From contig JBAXOA010000009.1 of the NCBI GenBank assembly GCA_037133495.1, positions 1,191 through 65,190 of the forward strand: a stretch of DNA of 64,000 nucleotides. The letters are read 5' to 3'. The DNA comes from Mariniphaga sp. (lineage in GTDB: Bacteria; Bacteroidota; Bacteroidia; Bacteroidales; Prolixibacteraceae). Position numbers and translations under genes: made by a program. The stretch's first letter is position 1. Every line of letters starts with the position of its first letter. Positions 39,539 to 48,613 of the stretch are shown here, one piece after another. The notes below the pieces were generated by a model that was not told the DNA's origin, did no database searches, and saw only the letters and a list, made by a program, of their open reading frames with translations.

Positions 39539-40786
39539 TTAAGAATTTGTAAAAAGCGGTATTACAAGCAGCACCAATGACAAGGCAATTAAAACAACAA
39601 CAGCGCTCCAGCCGATGATATTATTTACCGGCTTGTTGACATATTTACCCATAATTTTTTTGTTGTTTACCAACAACATCATGCAAACCAAAATTACAGG
39701 TAAATAGATACCATTAAGAACCTGAGACCCCAATGAAATTTTGATCAGGGGTGCGTCTGGAATTAATATAATTGCCGCACCAATAATCAGAATACTTGTA
39801 TAAAGTATAAAAAATTCTTTGGCTTCGTTCCATTTTTTATCAATACCAGCCTCAAATCCAAAGGCTTCGCTAACGTAAAAGGCAGTTGCAAGAGGTAAAA
39901 TAGTAGCCGAAAAAATTGACGCTATGAAAAGTCCGAATGCAAAAACCTGAGACGAAAATTCCCCGGCAAGTGGGCTCAAAGCTAAGGCTGCATCTTTAGC
40001 TTCGTTTATCTGAATCCCATTTACGTGCAGCGTGGAAGCACAGGCTACCATAATAAAGAAAGCAACAACAACAGTTGCCGTACAACCCACAACAATATCA
40101 ATAATCGAATATTTGAAATTTTTCATTTTCAAACCTTTTTCAATTACTGAAGACTGCATATAAAATAGCATCCATGGAGCAATTGTTGTGCCGATCAGAC
40201 CAATAATCATAGAAATACTGCGGGAATTAATTTCCAGCTGAGGATGTATGATGGAACGACCTATCTCGCCCCAATGAGGCTTGCCCATTATGGCAGAAAC
40301 AACATACATCAGCAATGAGACGCTGAACAGAAGAAAGATCCGCTCTGCAATTTTATAGGTCCCTTTAACAACCAAAAACCAAACCAAAAAACCAACGACC
40401 GGCACTGAGATATATTTACTGACTCCAAAAACCTCCATACTACCGGCAACACCAGCGAATTCTGTGGTAGTATTGCCAATATCAGCAATTAGCAATCCGA
40501 CAAATATGAAAAAAGTAACCTTTACGCCGGCATTTTCACGAATAAGGTCGGCAAGTCCTTTGCCAGTGACAATTCCCATCCGGGCATTCATTTCCTGGAT
40601 GACAACAAGAACGATGAAGGAAGGGATTAGCGTCCAGATCAAATTATAACCATACACAGCAGCTGCAACCGAATAGGTTGTAATTCCACCCGCATCGTTA
40701 TCAACACTTCCGGTAATAATTCCGGGACCTAAAATAGCGGCAAACAGTGCAAGCTTTTGGAAAAATGATTTTCTATTCTTTAACAT
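39539..40786 (-). CDS. NRAMP/SLC11-family transporter with non-canonical metal-site residues (NRMT-like, possibly Mg2+)
   Basis: Polytopic 415 aa. TM1 reads GSVDNDAGGITT where DPGN is expected. TM6 reads GTTIAPWML where GA..MPH is expected. Confidence 0.86.
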   Translation of the reverse strand: MLKNRKSFFQKLALFAAILGPGIITGSVDNDAGGITTYSVAAAVYGYNLIWTLIPSFIVLVVIQEMNARMGIVTGKGLADLIRENAGVKVTFFIFVGLLIADIGNTTTEFAGVAGSMEVFGVSKYISVPVVGFLVWFLVVKGTYKIAERIFLLFSVSLLMYVVSAIMGKPHWGEIGRSIIHPQLEINSRSISMIIGLIGTTIAPWMLFYMQSSVIEKGLKMKNFKYSIIDIVVGCTATVVVAFFIMVACASTLHVNGIQINEAKDAALALSPLAGEFSSQVFAFGLFIASIFSATILPLATAFYVSEAFGFEAGIDKKWNEAKEFFILYTSILIIGAAIILIPDAPLIKISLGSQVLNGIYLPVILVCMMLLVNNKKIMGKYVNKPVNNIIGWSAVVVLIALSLVLLVIPLFTNS

Positions 40787-40798
40787 TACCCAATGCCT

Positions 40799-42067
40799 CT
40801 ATTTATTAGTTCTTCGTTTTTTAATCAAATCTTCGATAACGTCGTCAATTACAACCATACCTTTAAGAACATTCATCTTATCGACAACCGGTATCGCGAG
40901 CAGATTATACTTGGAGACAATTTCAGCAACTTCATTAATCTTCTGATAATCACGCAAATGAACCGGCGAAGGTTTCATAATCTGCTTAATCCGAACATCA
41001 GGAGGCGAAATAACAACATCACGTATCGAAAAAGTGGCTAATAAAATCTCGCTTTCATCGGTAACAAAAAGATTGTAGAGCGTTTCGAATTCCGGCTTTT
41101 TATTTCGCAATTCAGTCAGCACTTCCTCAATGGTAGTGTTCTGATTGAAAGACAATACTTCAGATGACATAATACTTCCTACAGTATGATCCGGATAAAC
41201 AAGCAATTCCCTTACCTCCTGCGAGGTATCTTTTTCCATTTCATTAAGCAGCAGTTCTGCTTTTTCGTCTTCCAACGCATCAAGAATATCGGCAACTTCA
41301 TCGGCCGGCATTTTGTCAAGTACATCAGCTGCTTTTTCGATCGAAAGACTTTCGAGGATGTGAACCTGTGTTTCAGTGTCCAGTTCCTCCATTACATCGG
41401 CTGCCTTTTCATCATCGAGGGCCGAAAATACTTCCGCACTTGCTTTTCGCCCTAAATCTTCAATAATATCCGCAAGGTCGGAAGGATGCAGCGTCTGAAG
41501 TTTTGCATAACTTTTTGAAAGTTTAATATTCAGACTAGAGGTATCTATCGTTTCAACATCTTCCCAAAGAATAAATTTTGATGGAATAGTTGCATTAAAG
41601 AGCGATAAAGTAAATTTCAAAGGCTTGACGATTCCAATCCGGCGAAGCAACCCTTCAATACCAATATCAACAGCTACTGCAAAAGTATCGTTAACAATAG
41701 TAACCAGCCGGACATCGTTGACCCGCACAAGTTTGCGGCCGTTGATATCGACGATTTGATTATCAAGAACTGCCATAACCAGATAAAGACTGCTATTAAT
41801 CTGATCATCAGACAATTCAATTAGCTGATCGCAAATAACCTTTACTTTGCCATTAACCTTGTCGACATGGAAATTTTGGAAGGAATAAAATGCGATTTGA
41901 TTTTTATTTTTAATCTTGATGCCATGAACAACCGGATGCCCTGAAGCATGATTTGAAGAATCGGGATCAACCAATAAATCCTTAACGGTACCAACGCATT
42001 TGCCATTGGTATCGAATGCCTTTTCTCCAATTATACGGCTTAAATAAAATGTGGTTATTGATGTCAT
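40799..42067 (-). CDS. Soluble MgtE-N domain + CBS-pair protein with N-terminal PRC-barrel-like repeats (no MgtE membrane domain)
   Basis: The acidic helical MgtE_N region (LADIIEDL…AADVMEELD…AADVLDKMPADEVADILDAL) is followed by a CBS pair (VGSIMSSEV…, LAIPVVD…). The protein ends without TM helices. I prefer ATG at 42067, preceded by AAGGAGGTG, over the M at 42106. Confidence 0.84.
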   Translation of the reverse strand: MTSITTFYLSRIIGEKAFDTNGKCVGTVKDLLVDPDSSNHASGHPVVHGIKIKNKNQIAFYSFQNFHVDKVNGKVKVICDQLIELSDDQINSSLYLVMAVLDNQIVDINGRKLVRVNDVRLVTIVNDTFAVAVDIGIEGLLRRIGIVKPLKFTLSLFNATIPSKFILWEDVETIDTSSLNIKLSKSYAKLQTLHPSDLADIIEDLGRKASAEVFSALDDEKAADVMEELDTETQVHILESLSIEKAADVLDKMPADEVADILDALEDEKAELLLNEMEKDTSQEVRELLVYPDHTVGSIMSSEVLSFNQNTTIEEVLTELRNKKPEFETLYNLFVTDESEILLATFSIRDVVISPPDVRIKQIMKPSPVHLRDYQKINEVAEIVSKYNLLAIPVVDKMNVLKGMVVIDDVIEDLIKKRRTNK

Positions 42068-42201
42068 GAGCACCTCCTTGCTTTTGGGATATAACAAGGA
42101 GCACATACCGAAGGCTTCTCTGCTATATCAGGTTAATAATTAATGTACTCGCAGGCCCCTCGTCCATTGGTTTAAATAATATTAATTGTACCGCAAAAGT
42201 A
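42068..42201 (-). promoter_or_regulatory. Candidate promoter (-7 box TACTTTTG at 42194-42201) and about 120-nt structured 5' leader with an SD-sequestering hairpin
   Basis: On the minus strand CUCCUUG (42095-42101) can pair with CAAGGAG (42074-42080), which overlaps the SD. An alternative 9-bp stem AUAUAGCAG/UUGUUAUAU competes for the UUG. The class is not recognised. Confidence 0.35.
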
Positions 42202-42396
42202 GGTTTTTTGTTCAAAGAAAAAAATCATTCTGAAATTAAAATAAATTAAATTAGCGTTAAATAAAATTGTCCTGATTTCAGGATTTGTATTGCAGTTAAA
42301 AAGTCTGAATTCAAGAGTTGATTCTGGAAATTAAGTTGTAGAAACAAAATAATGTCGTTTTATTTCTCGGTCCATTTATTTAAATCCTATTCATTA

Positions 42397-42457
42397 GTGA
42401 TCATTTTCAAATAAAAATGAAAGTCAAAAATGAGACATTAAATCTTTCCGATTACTT
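42397..42457 (+). repeat. Conserved intergenic motif, copy C
   Basis: tgatcattttcaaataaaaatgaaagtcaaaaatgagacattaaatctttccgattactt. Same orientation as copies A and B, but no plus-strand gene follows it. It lies upstream of the minus-strand MgtE-N/NRAMP operon. Confidence 0.7.
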
Positions 42458-42480
42458 GTTTTCATGCATTTATGAGATAT

Positions 42481-42765
42481 TTAGGGATTGTAGAAATCTT
42501 TGTGAAAAAATCCCAGAATATTCTGAATCATCAGACAGTACGATTCAGCCTTTTTATCTGATGGAAATAGCTCTAAAAATAAGGTAAATTGGTTGAGAGC
42601 ATCACCCCATCGCTGTAGTTTATAATATATTTCTCCCTTTAGGAATATTACTTCCGCATGGTTGGCAACTGACAATTGGCATAGGATGGCCAATGCCTCT
42701 TCAGTTTTGTTCAGCTCTAGTGCTTCCCTGGCATTTAAAATAATAAGTTCCAACTCGCTCATCAC
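42481..42765 (-). CDS. Small TPR-like repeat protein
   Basis: 94 aa with helical TPR-like pairs (…AEVIFLKGEIYYKLQRWGDALNQF…). The start (GTG 42765 or ATG 42762) overlaps the glycerate kinase stop. Confidence 0.55.
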   Translation of the reverse strand: MMSELELIILNAREALELNKTEEALAILCQLSVANHAEVIFLKGEIYYKLQRWGDALNQFTLFLELFPSDKKAESYCLMIQNILGFFHKDFYNP

Positions 42766-43883
42766 TTAAAGGGTTTAAGAAGTTTACCTAACTCGTAAGC
42801 GAGTGATCTGGTCAGATCAAACGCATTTCCCATCGCTTCCGTGAGTGGTAACGGACCGTTTGTGATTGAGAAAATACCGTCAAAAAGGAAGGAAGCTTCC
42901 TGCTTGACGGTACCGCCAATGGCTATGACCGGAATTTTGGCCTGTCGCGCGGCAGCAGCAATGGCAGCCGGCCCCTTCCCCTGACAAGTCTGCAAGTCGA
43001 TACAACCTTCACCGGTGATCACTAAATCACAATTCTTCAAATCATTAAACACTCCAAGAAGATCCATAATGAGTGCTGCACCACTTTCTATCCGGGCATT
43101 AAACAGAGCAATTAATGGTATTGCAATTCCACCTGCCGCTCCGCCACCTACAGTTTCAACCAAATTTTTTCCGGAAAATTGTTCTAATATGGTGATATAA
43201 TTATTAAAGCCCAAATTCAGATCATTGACCATTTGAGGAGTTGCCCCTTTTTGCGGTCCATAAATTGCAGCAGCGCCATTTTCACCCAGCAACGGGTTGG
43301 TAACGTCAGAAGCGATTAAAATTTCACAGGCTAACAGTTCCGTTTTCACATTTTCGGAATGAATTTTAGTGATCTGAATCAAGCCTCCACCTCCTTCCAT
43401 TACTTCATCACCAATATTATCGTCAAGTTTAAATCCCAAAGCTTTTAACATTCCAATCCCACCATCGACCGTTGCGCTACCTCCAACTCCTAAAATTATC
43501 TTCTTTGCGCCAAGATTAATCGCTGCCTCAATTAGTTCACCTGTGCCCCTGGAAGAGGCAATAATCGGATTTAACTCATTATCTACCAATAATTTAATGC
43601 CAGAGGCTTCGGCCATTTCAATGATCGCCAAGTTTATTCCGGCGATCCATCCAAACCGGGAGTCAATGATCCGGCCTAAAGGATCATGAACCTTGACCGG
43701 TACAAAAATTCCACCCAAAGCAGTCACCAGAATTTCGGCGGTCCCGTCTCCCCCATCAGCTAACGGGTGCTTAATCAGCTCCAGCGTTTTATTAGCCATT
43801 ATCAGTCCTTCTGCGATTGCATTCGCAAAATCAGAAGCTGAAAGCGATCCTTTCATGGCATTCGGGGCAATCAAAATTCGCAT
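42762..43883 (-). CDS. glxK: Glycerate kinase
   Basis: MRILIAPNAMKGSLSA, ADGGDGT, GVGGSATVDGG and VITGEG…D.QT..GK motifs of the GlxK/GarK family. Confidence 0.92.
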   Translation of the reverse strand: MRILIAPNAMKGSLSASDFANAIAEGLIMANKTLELIKHPLADGGDGTAEILVTALGGIFVPVKVHDPLGRIIDSRFGWIAGINLAIIEMAEASGIKLLVDNELNPIIASSRGTGELIEAAINLGAKKIILGVGGSATVDGGIGMLKALGFKLDDNIGDEVMEGGGGLIQITKIHSENVKTELLACEILIASDVTNPLLGENGAAAIYGPQKGATPQMVNDLNLGFNNYITILEQFSGKNLVETVGGGAAGGIAIPLIALFNARIESGAALIMDLLGVFNDLKNCDLVITGEGCIDLQTCQGKGPAAIAAAARQAKIPVIAIGGTVKQEASFLFDGIFSITNGPLPLTEAMGNAFDLTRSLAYELGKLLKPFK

Positions 43884-43975
43884 AGTTGGGTAAAGTAATT
43901 GTCAATGATTAATGTTCAATATATAATTTATAAAATATCAGCTCCACAAATTTTCAGGTTTAAAACACTCATAAA

Positions 43976-46168
43976 TCAGGCATCTGCACGGCTGACAATG
44001 TGAACTCCTTTAATATTTTTCAATTTTTGCATCAGAAAATCAAGATGTTCCAGATCATTTACAAAAACCCGAAGGGTGCCGTCGAATGCTTTTTCTTCTG
44101 AATTAATGGCAATTGAACGCATCTGTATTCCAACCTCTTTCGAGATTATTCTTGAGATATCCGTAACAATGCCCACCCTATCGGATCCGGAAATATGAAT
44201 GGAAGCCTGAAAGGCATTTCTTTTTCCCGTCGCACGCCATTTTACTCGAATAATTCTGTACGGATAACGTTCAATCAGCTGTTTGGCATTCGGGCAGGTG
44301 ACGCGGTGAATTTTAATTCCTTCAAGAATGGTTACAAATCCAAATATTTCATCCCCAAAAATTGGGTTACAACAAACCGCCAATTTATAATTTACATCTT
44401 TCAGGTTATTATCAATTACCAGAAAATCATCGTTATTATCAAACGACAACTCTTTAACATCCTGTACCGGAAGAAGTTCTGCTAGTTTTTCCTGCTGTGA
44501 TTCTTCACGTCTTCCAATAATCACCTCTTTTATTTCAAGCGTATCGAGTTTTCCGACAGAAATATTGTAATAGAGATCCGCAGCAAGTTTCAGTTTATAA
44601 TGTTTTAGCAGGTTCCGAATTAGCAAATCAGTTAAGTCAATTTTCCAATTTTTAAACTTTCGCCGCAAGATCTCTTTGCCATTTTCCGCTTCCCGCTTGT
44701 GATCTTCGTTTAAGCTTGCCTTAATCCTTGTTTTGGCTTTTGAAGTAACTACAATATCGAGCCAGTCAAGTTTGGGTTTCTGACTATTTGAAGTCTCAAC
44801 AGCAATCTGATCGCCATTTTTAAGCTGGTACTTTAAAGTTACCAGCTTTCCGTTGACCTTTCCTCCAACACACTTATCCCCTACTTTGGAATGAATTTCA
44901 TAAGCAAAATCAAGAAGAGTCGCTCCCGACCGGAGTTTGATCAAATCACCTTTGGGCGTGAAGACAAAAATTTCGTCTGAAAATATGTTGACTTTAAAGT
45001 CGTCGATAATATCAACCGGATTAAGCTGAGGATTTTCAAGGCTTTCGCGCACATTTTTGAGCCATTTATCAATTTCATCTCCACCTTTTCCCCCTTTATA
45101 TCTCCAATGAGCAGCCAGTCCATTTTCGGCAATATCATCCATGCGATGAGTTCTGATTTGCACTTCAACCCATCTCTGCCCAGACCCCAGCACTGTGGTA
45201 TGTAATGATTCATAGCCATTTGACTTAGGATAAGTGATCCAGTCTCTGAGCCGGTCAGGATTTGATATATACTCCTCGGTGACCACCGAAAAGACCTGCC
45301 AACAGGCTGCTTTCTCATTTTCCGGTTCCGAATTGAGGATGATGCGAATAGCAAATAGATCATATACTTCATGGAAATCAACCTTTTGACTTTGCATCTT
45401 ATTCCAGATGGAGTAGATTGATTTTGTTCTGGCCTTCATCTCAAAATCGAATCCTCTGCTTTGAAGTTTTTTTTCAATTGGCGATACAAATGCTGACACA
45501 AAACCTGCACGTTCTACAGCTGTCTCTTTAAGTTTTTCTACAATTGACTCATAATCATTGGGATGAAGAAATCTAAGTGCCAGATCCAATAGTTCGGAGT
45601 TCACTTTATAGAGTCCTAAACGGTGTGCGAGCGGCGCATACAAATGCCATGTATCTACAGATAATCTCTCCCTGATTCCTGCAGGTTGCAGGTTCAGTGT
45701 CCGCATGTCCTGTAATTGATCGGCAATTTTTATTAAAATCACTTTAACATCACCCGAAAGAGTAAGCAAAAGACGTCTGAAATTCTCACTCTGAAAAGCA
45801 ATATTTCCGGTATTTAGTGAATTGATTTTTATAATGCCATTTAGAATTACGGCAACATTGTTTCCAAACAGTTTCTTAACGTCTTCAAAAGAAAAATTTA
45901 ATCCTTTTGGACCATAAACGTTATGCAATAACGATGATATAAGCGCATCGGTTGATAATCCGAGCTCCATAACCGCAATTCTCGCCACTGAAATGGAGTG
46001 ATTAAGAATAAATTCGCCCTCGTTCCATATAGTATTGCCAATGGCTTCGCCTGCAAAGTTGAAAGCCTTGTCGATGAGCTGCAAGTCATTGGCCGACAAA
46101 TTCTTGGAATATTGGAAAATCAGTGCATTATAAGCGTTCTGTATTTTTTCGTTTAGCAATTGATCCAC
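43976..46168 (-). CDS. Long RelA/SpoT-homolog (p)ppGpp synthetase with degenerate hydrolase HD motif
   Basis: Synthetase motifs are present: RTKSIYSIWNKM, DLFAIRII, YESLHTTV, EVQIRT. TGS (FTPKGD) and C-terminal ACT-like domains are present. The hydrolase motif reads LLHNV rather than LLHDV.ED. Confidence 0.92.
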   Translation of the reverse strand: MDQLLNEKIQNAYNALIFQYSKNLSANDLQLIDKAFNFAGEAIGNTIWNEGEFILNHSISVARIAVMELGLSTDALISSLLHNVYGPKGLNFSFEDVKKLFGNNVAVILNGIIKINSLNTGNIAFQSENFRRLLLTLSGDVKVILIKIADQLQDMRTLNLQPAGIRERLSVDTWHLYAPLAHRLGLYKVNSELLDLALRFLHPNDYESIVEKLKETAVERAGFVSAFVSPIEKKLQSRGFDFEMKARTKSIYSIWNKMQSQKVDFHEVYDLFAIRIILNSEPENEKAACWQVFSVVTEEYISNPDRLRDWITYPKSNGYESLHTTVLGSGQRWVEVQIRTHRMDDIAENGLAAHWRYKGGKGGDEIDKWLKNVRESLENPQLNPVDIIDDFKVNIFSDEIFVFTPKGDLIKLRSGATLLDFAYEIHSKVGDKCVGGKVNGKLVTLKYQLKNGDQIAVETSNSQKPKLDWLDIVVTSKAKTRIKASLNEDHKREAENGKEILRRKFKNWKIDLTDLLIRNLLKHYKLKLAADLYYNISVGKLDTLEIKEVIIGRREESQQEKLAELLPVQDVKELSFDNNDDFLVIDNNLKDVNYKLAVCCNPIFGDEIFGFVTILEGIKIHRVTCPNAKQLIERYPYRIIRVKWRATGKRNAFQASIHISGSDRVGIVTDISRIISKEVGIQMRSIAINSEEKAFDGTLRVFVNDLEHLDFLMQKLKNIKGVHIVSRADA

Positions 46169-46244
46169 GGCAGATAAACTTTTGTCAGAATAAAAATATT
46201 TAAATACAAAATAATTGATAATTACCTATATTCGATAATGCCTG

Positions 46245-47708
46245 CTAATCTTTTTTATTTTTTAAGGGCCAGTATTCTTTTGCCGGCCATAATTTTGAAT
46301 CAGAGCGGGCATTTTTAAGAAAACGTTCCATTTTTGCAATAATTTCGGGATTTTGGGCAGCAATATTTTTGTCTTCATGAATATCTTTACTTAAATCGTA
46401 TAATTCAAGTGGCTCTTTGGTCCCAAACCGAACAGCTTTCCAGTTATCCATCCGCACTGCCTGCTTCGTTCCACCTTCATGAAATTCCCAATATAAAAAA
46501 TCGTGTTTCTTTTGAATGCCTTTACCTGTCAAAACCGGAACCATTGATATCCCATCGGTTGGCAATAAGTACCTGATTCCGGCCAATTCTGCCGCAGTTG
46601 GAAGAAAATCCCAAAATGCTGCAGGATAATCAGACAATTGTTTCGGAGGAATTACTCCCGGCCAGTTGGCAATGAAAGGAACGCGGATACCTCCTTCATA
46701 AAGCGACCTTTTAAACCCCCTTAACGGTCCGGCACTTTGGAAAAAATCAGGTGTTGCTCCCCCTTCAATATGAGGTCCATTATCGGATGTAAAAATTATG
46801 AGTGTATTTTTTTCTATGCCAAGTTGTTTCAATTTGGCTATAATCTCCCCTACCGAACGATCAAGCCGGCTTACCATGGCCGCAAAGGTTGCTCTGGGTT
46901 TTGCCTGCGAACCATAGCCTCCTTTGCGGTAAAGAGGTCCATTATCTGCACCTGCATACGGAATTTCAGGAAATAATCCTGCAAATTTTTGATATAAGCT
47001 GTCGTCCGGAGCGCTTAATTCAGCATGCGGAATAATATACGGACAGAACAGAAAAAAAGGTTCATCTTTATGATTTTCAATAAATTGAAGCGCCATTTTA
47101 TGATATTCATCATGGGCATACTGTGCTTTGCCGCCATTTTTATTTCCTTCAAGGAAAATTTTTTCAGAATTATGCCATAGGTATTCCGGGTAATAATTAT
47201 GTGCAAGAGACTGGCTGTTAAAACCAAAAAACTCGTCGAACCCTTGTTTTTCAGGTACACCCTCTGATCCGGGGCCACCAAGTCCCCACTTACCAAACGC
47301 TCCTGTTGCGTAATGAGCCTCCTTAAATAACTCAGCAACTGTAAATACACCTGAAGGGAGTGGCTCCTCTCCCTCTGGCTGCATCGCCTTATTTCCCCGG
47401 ATGTAGGTGTGGCCGGTGTGAAACCCTGTCATTAAAGCAGAGCGTGAAGGTGCGCAAACAGTACAGCCGGAGTAGAAATTTGTAAATCGAATTCCGGAAG
47501 CCGCTAATTGATCAATATTTGGAGTTTTGAACTTGGATTGTCCGTAGCAGCTAAGATCGCCATAGCCAAGATCATCTGCCAGAATAAAAATGACATTGGG
47601 CTTTTGAAAATCCTTCTTTATGATCAGGTTTACCGCACTCACATTTTGGGTCAGCAATAAACCTGAACTAATTCCAAACGAGATCAAACCTGATTTAAAA
47701 TTGCGCAT
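46245..47708 (-). CDS. Arylsulfatase (formylglycine-dependent sulfatase family)
   Basis: LADDLGYGDL, CAPSRSALMTG, GKWGLG and SDNGP. Signal peptide present. Confidence 0.92.
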   Translation of the reverse strand: MRNFKSGLISFGISSGLLLTQNVSAVNLIIKKDFQKPNVIFILADDLGYGDLSCYGQSKFKTPNIDQLAASGIRFTNFYSGCTVCAPSRSALMTGFHTGHTYIRGNKAMQPEGEEPLPSGVFTVAELFKEAHYATGAFGKWGLGGPGSEGVPEKQGFDEFFGFNSQSLAHNYYPEYLWHNSEKIFLEGNKNGGKAQYAHDEYHKMALQFIENHKDEPFFLFCPYIIPHAELSAPDDSLYQKFAGLFPEIPYAGADNGPLYRKGGYGSQAKPRATFAAMVSRLDRSVGEIIAKLKQLGIEKNTLIIFTSDNGPHIEGGATPDFFQSAGPLRGFKRSLYEGGIRVPFIANWPGVIPPKQLSDYPAAFWDFLPTAAELAGIRYLLPTDGISMVPVLTGKGIQKKHDFLYWEFHEGGTKQAVRMDNWKAVRFGTKEPLELYDLSKDIHEDKNIAAQNPEIIAKMERFLKNARSDSKLWPAKEYWPLKNKKD

Positions 47709-47717
47709 AAGAAGAAG

Positions 47718-47795
47718 AGGAATTAGGAAATAGGAATTATGAATTATGAATTAGGTCCGCCAGCTGGCGGAAGGAATTATCAATTGGGAATTAGA
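47718..47795. repeat. REP-like intergenic element: perfect 16-bp palindrome flanked by (a)ggaatta-type short repeats
   Basis: Palindrome tccgcc-agct-ggcgga at 47756-47771. Left flank aggaattaggaaataggaattatgaattatgaattagg; right flank aggaattatcaattgggaattaga. Confidence 0.6.
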
Positions 47796-47811
47796 ACTCT
47801 AAGAATGACGG

Positions 47812-48444
47812 TCATTTTACCAATTCAGCCAGGCCAAAGTATGCAGGTTGGTGAAAATCGGGTGAAGGCGTTTCTATAGCTGACCAACTCACATAATGAG
47901 GGGCAATAGTGTTATCACCACATTTGTAAAAATTCGCCGAAAACTGACTTCCGGCTTTTAATCCGATCATTTTTAGCGGGATTGCCACTGTTAATGACCA
48001 ATCAGCCGGAGTATTTTGATGTGGCAGACTATCAACTGTAAGGGAAGGAAACCGAAGAATCTGAACCATATTTTCCATTTCAAGGCTTTCACGGGCTTTA
48101 CGATCGGGACCACAAGCAGATAAACAGATTCCAAGACTGTTAAATTCAAAGTTGCGGTAATTATCGCCTTGTTTGACAAAAAACTCTACGCATGAATCCT
48201 GCCAAACAGGTTCCTGATCCTGACGACAGATTACCCTGACAAAATCGTTACCTACTGTATAATGGAGCCATAGATATTTATCGCAGTAACCAGTATAAAC
48301 TTTTACATCAGGGAGATGCGAGAAATCTTTCCAATTTAACCGGTCTATAATAAAAATTGTGCCTGAAGCCAATAATTGATCTGCAATGATTTTCGGGTTC
48401 TTTGGAACCATCCCTTTTAAATAGGGGATCTTTAATTCTGCCAT
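47812..48444 (-). CDS. CBM9-like / DOMON-like domain protein
   Basis: The pattern …DSCVEFF…YRNFEFNSLG…W….IP… resembles family 9 carbohydrate-binding-module-like proteins. Assignment is tentative. Confidence 0.55.
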   Translation of the reverse strand: MAELKIPYLKGMVPKNPKIIADQLLASGTIFIIDRLNWKDFSHLPDVKVYTGYCDKYLWLHYTVGNDFVRVICRQDQEPVWQDSCVEFFVKQGDNYRNFEFNSLGICLSACGPDRKARESLEMENMVQILRFPSLTVDSLPHQNTPADWSLTVAIPLKMIGLKAGSQFSANFYKCGDNTIAPHYVSWSAIETPSPDFHQPAYFGLAELVK

Positions 48445-48613
48445 AAGCTTTCTTTTTTTGCAAAATAGCAGATTTTACCTTAATAATAGTCAATTTGCAG
48501 GGAATAAATGTCACACATTCATTCAGGATAAATATTAAGTATATATTTATTTGATTTTCAATATGTTACTCAAACAAAATCTTTGTTAACATTGAATTTG
48601 CAGACATACCGGA

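Noticed and set aside
42068-42175. Known metal riboswitch (M-box or yybP-ykoY) in the leader of the MgtE-N/NRAMP operon.
   Set aside because: I could not find the M-box GUUAGGUGAGGC-type core or the yybP-ykoY GGGGAGUAG / UUGACA / GCAAGACC blocks. The ~110-nt structured part is also shorter than an M-box. I kept it only as an unclassified candidate; a covariance-model search is needed.
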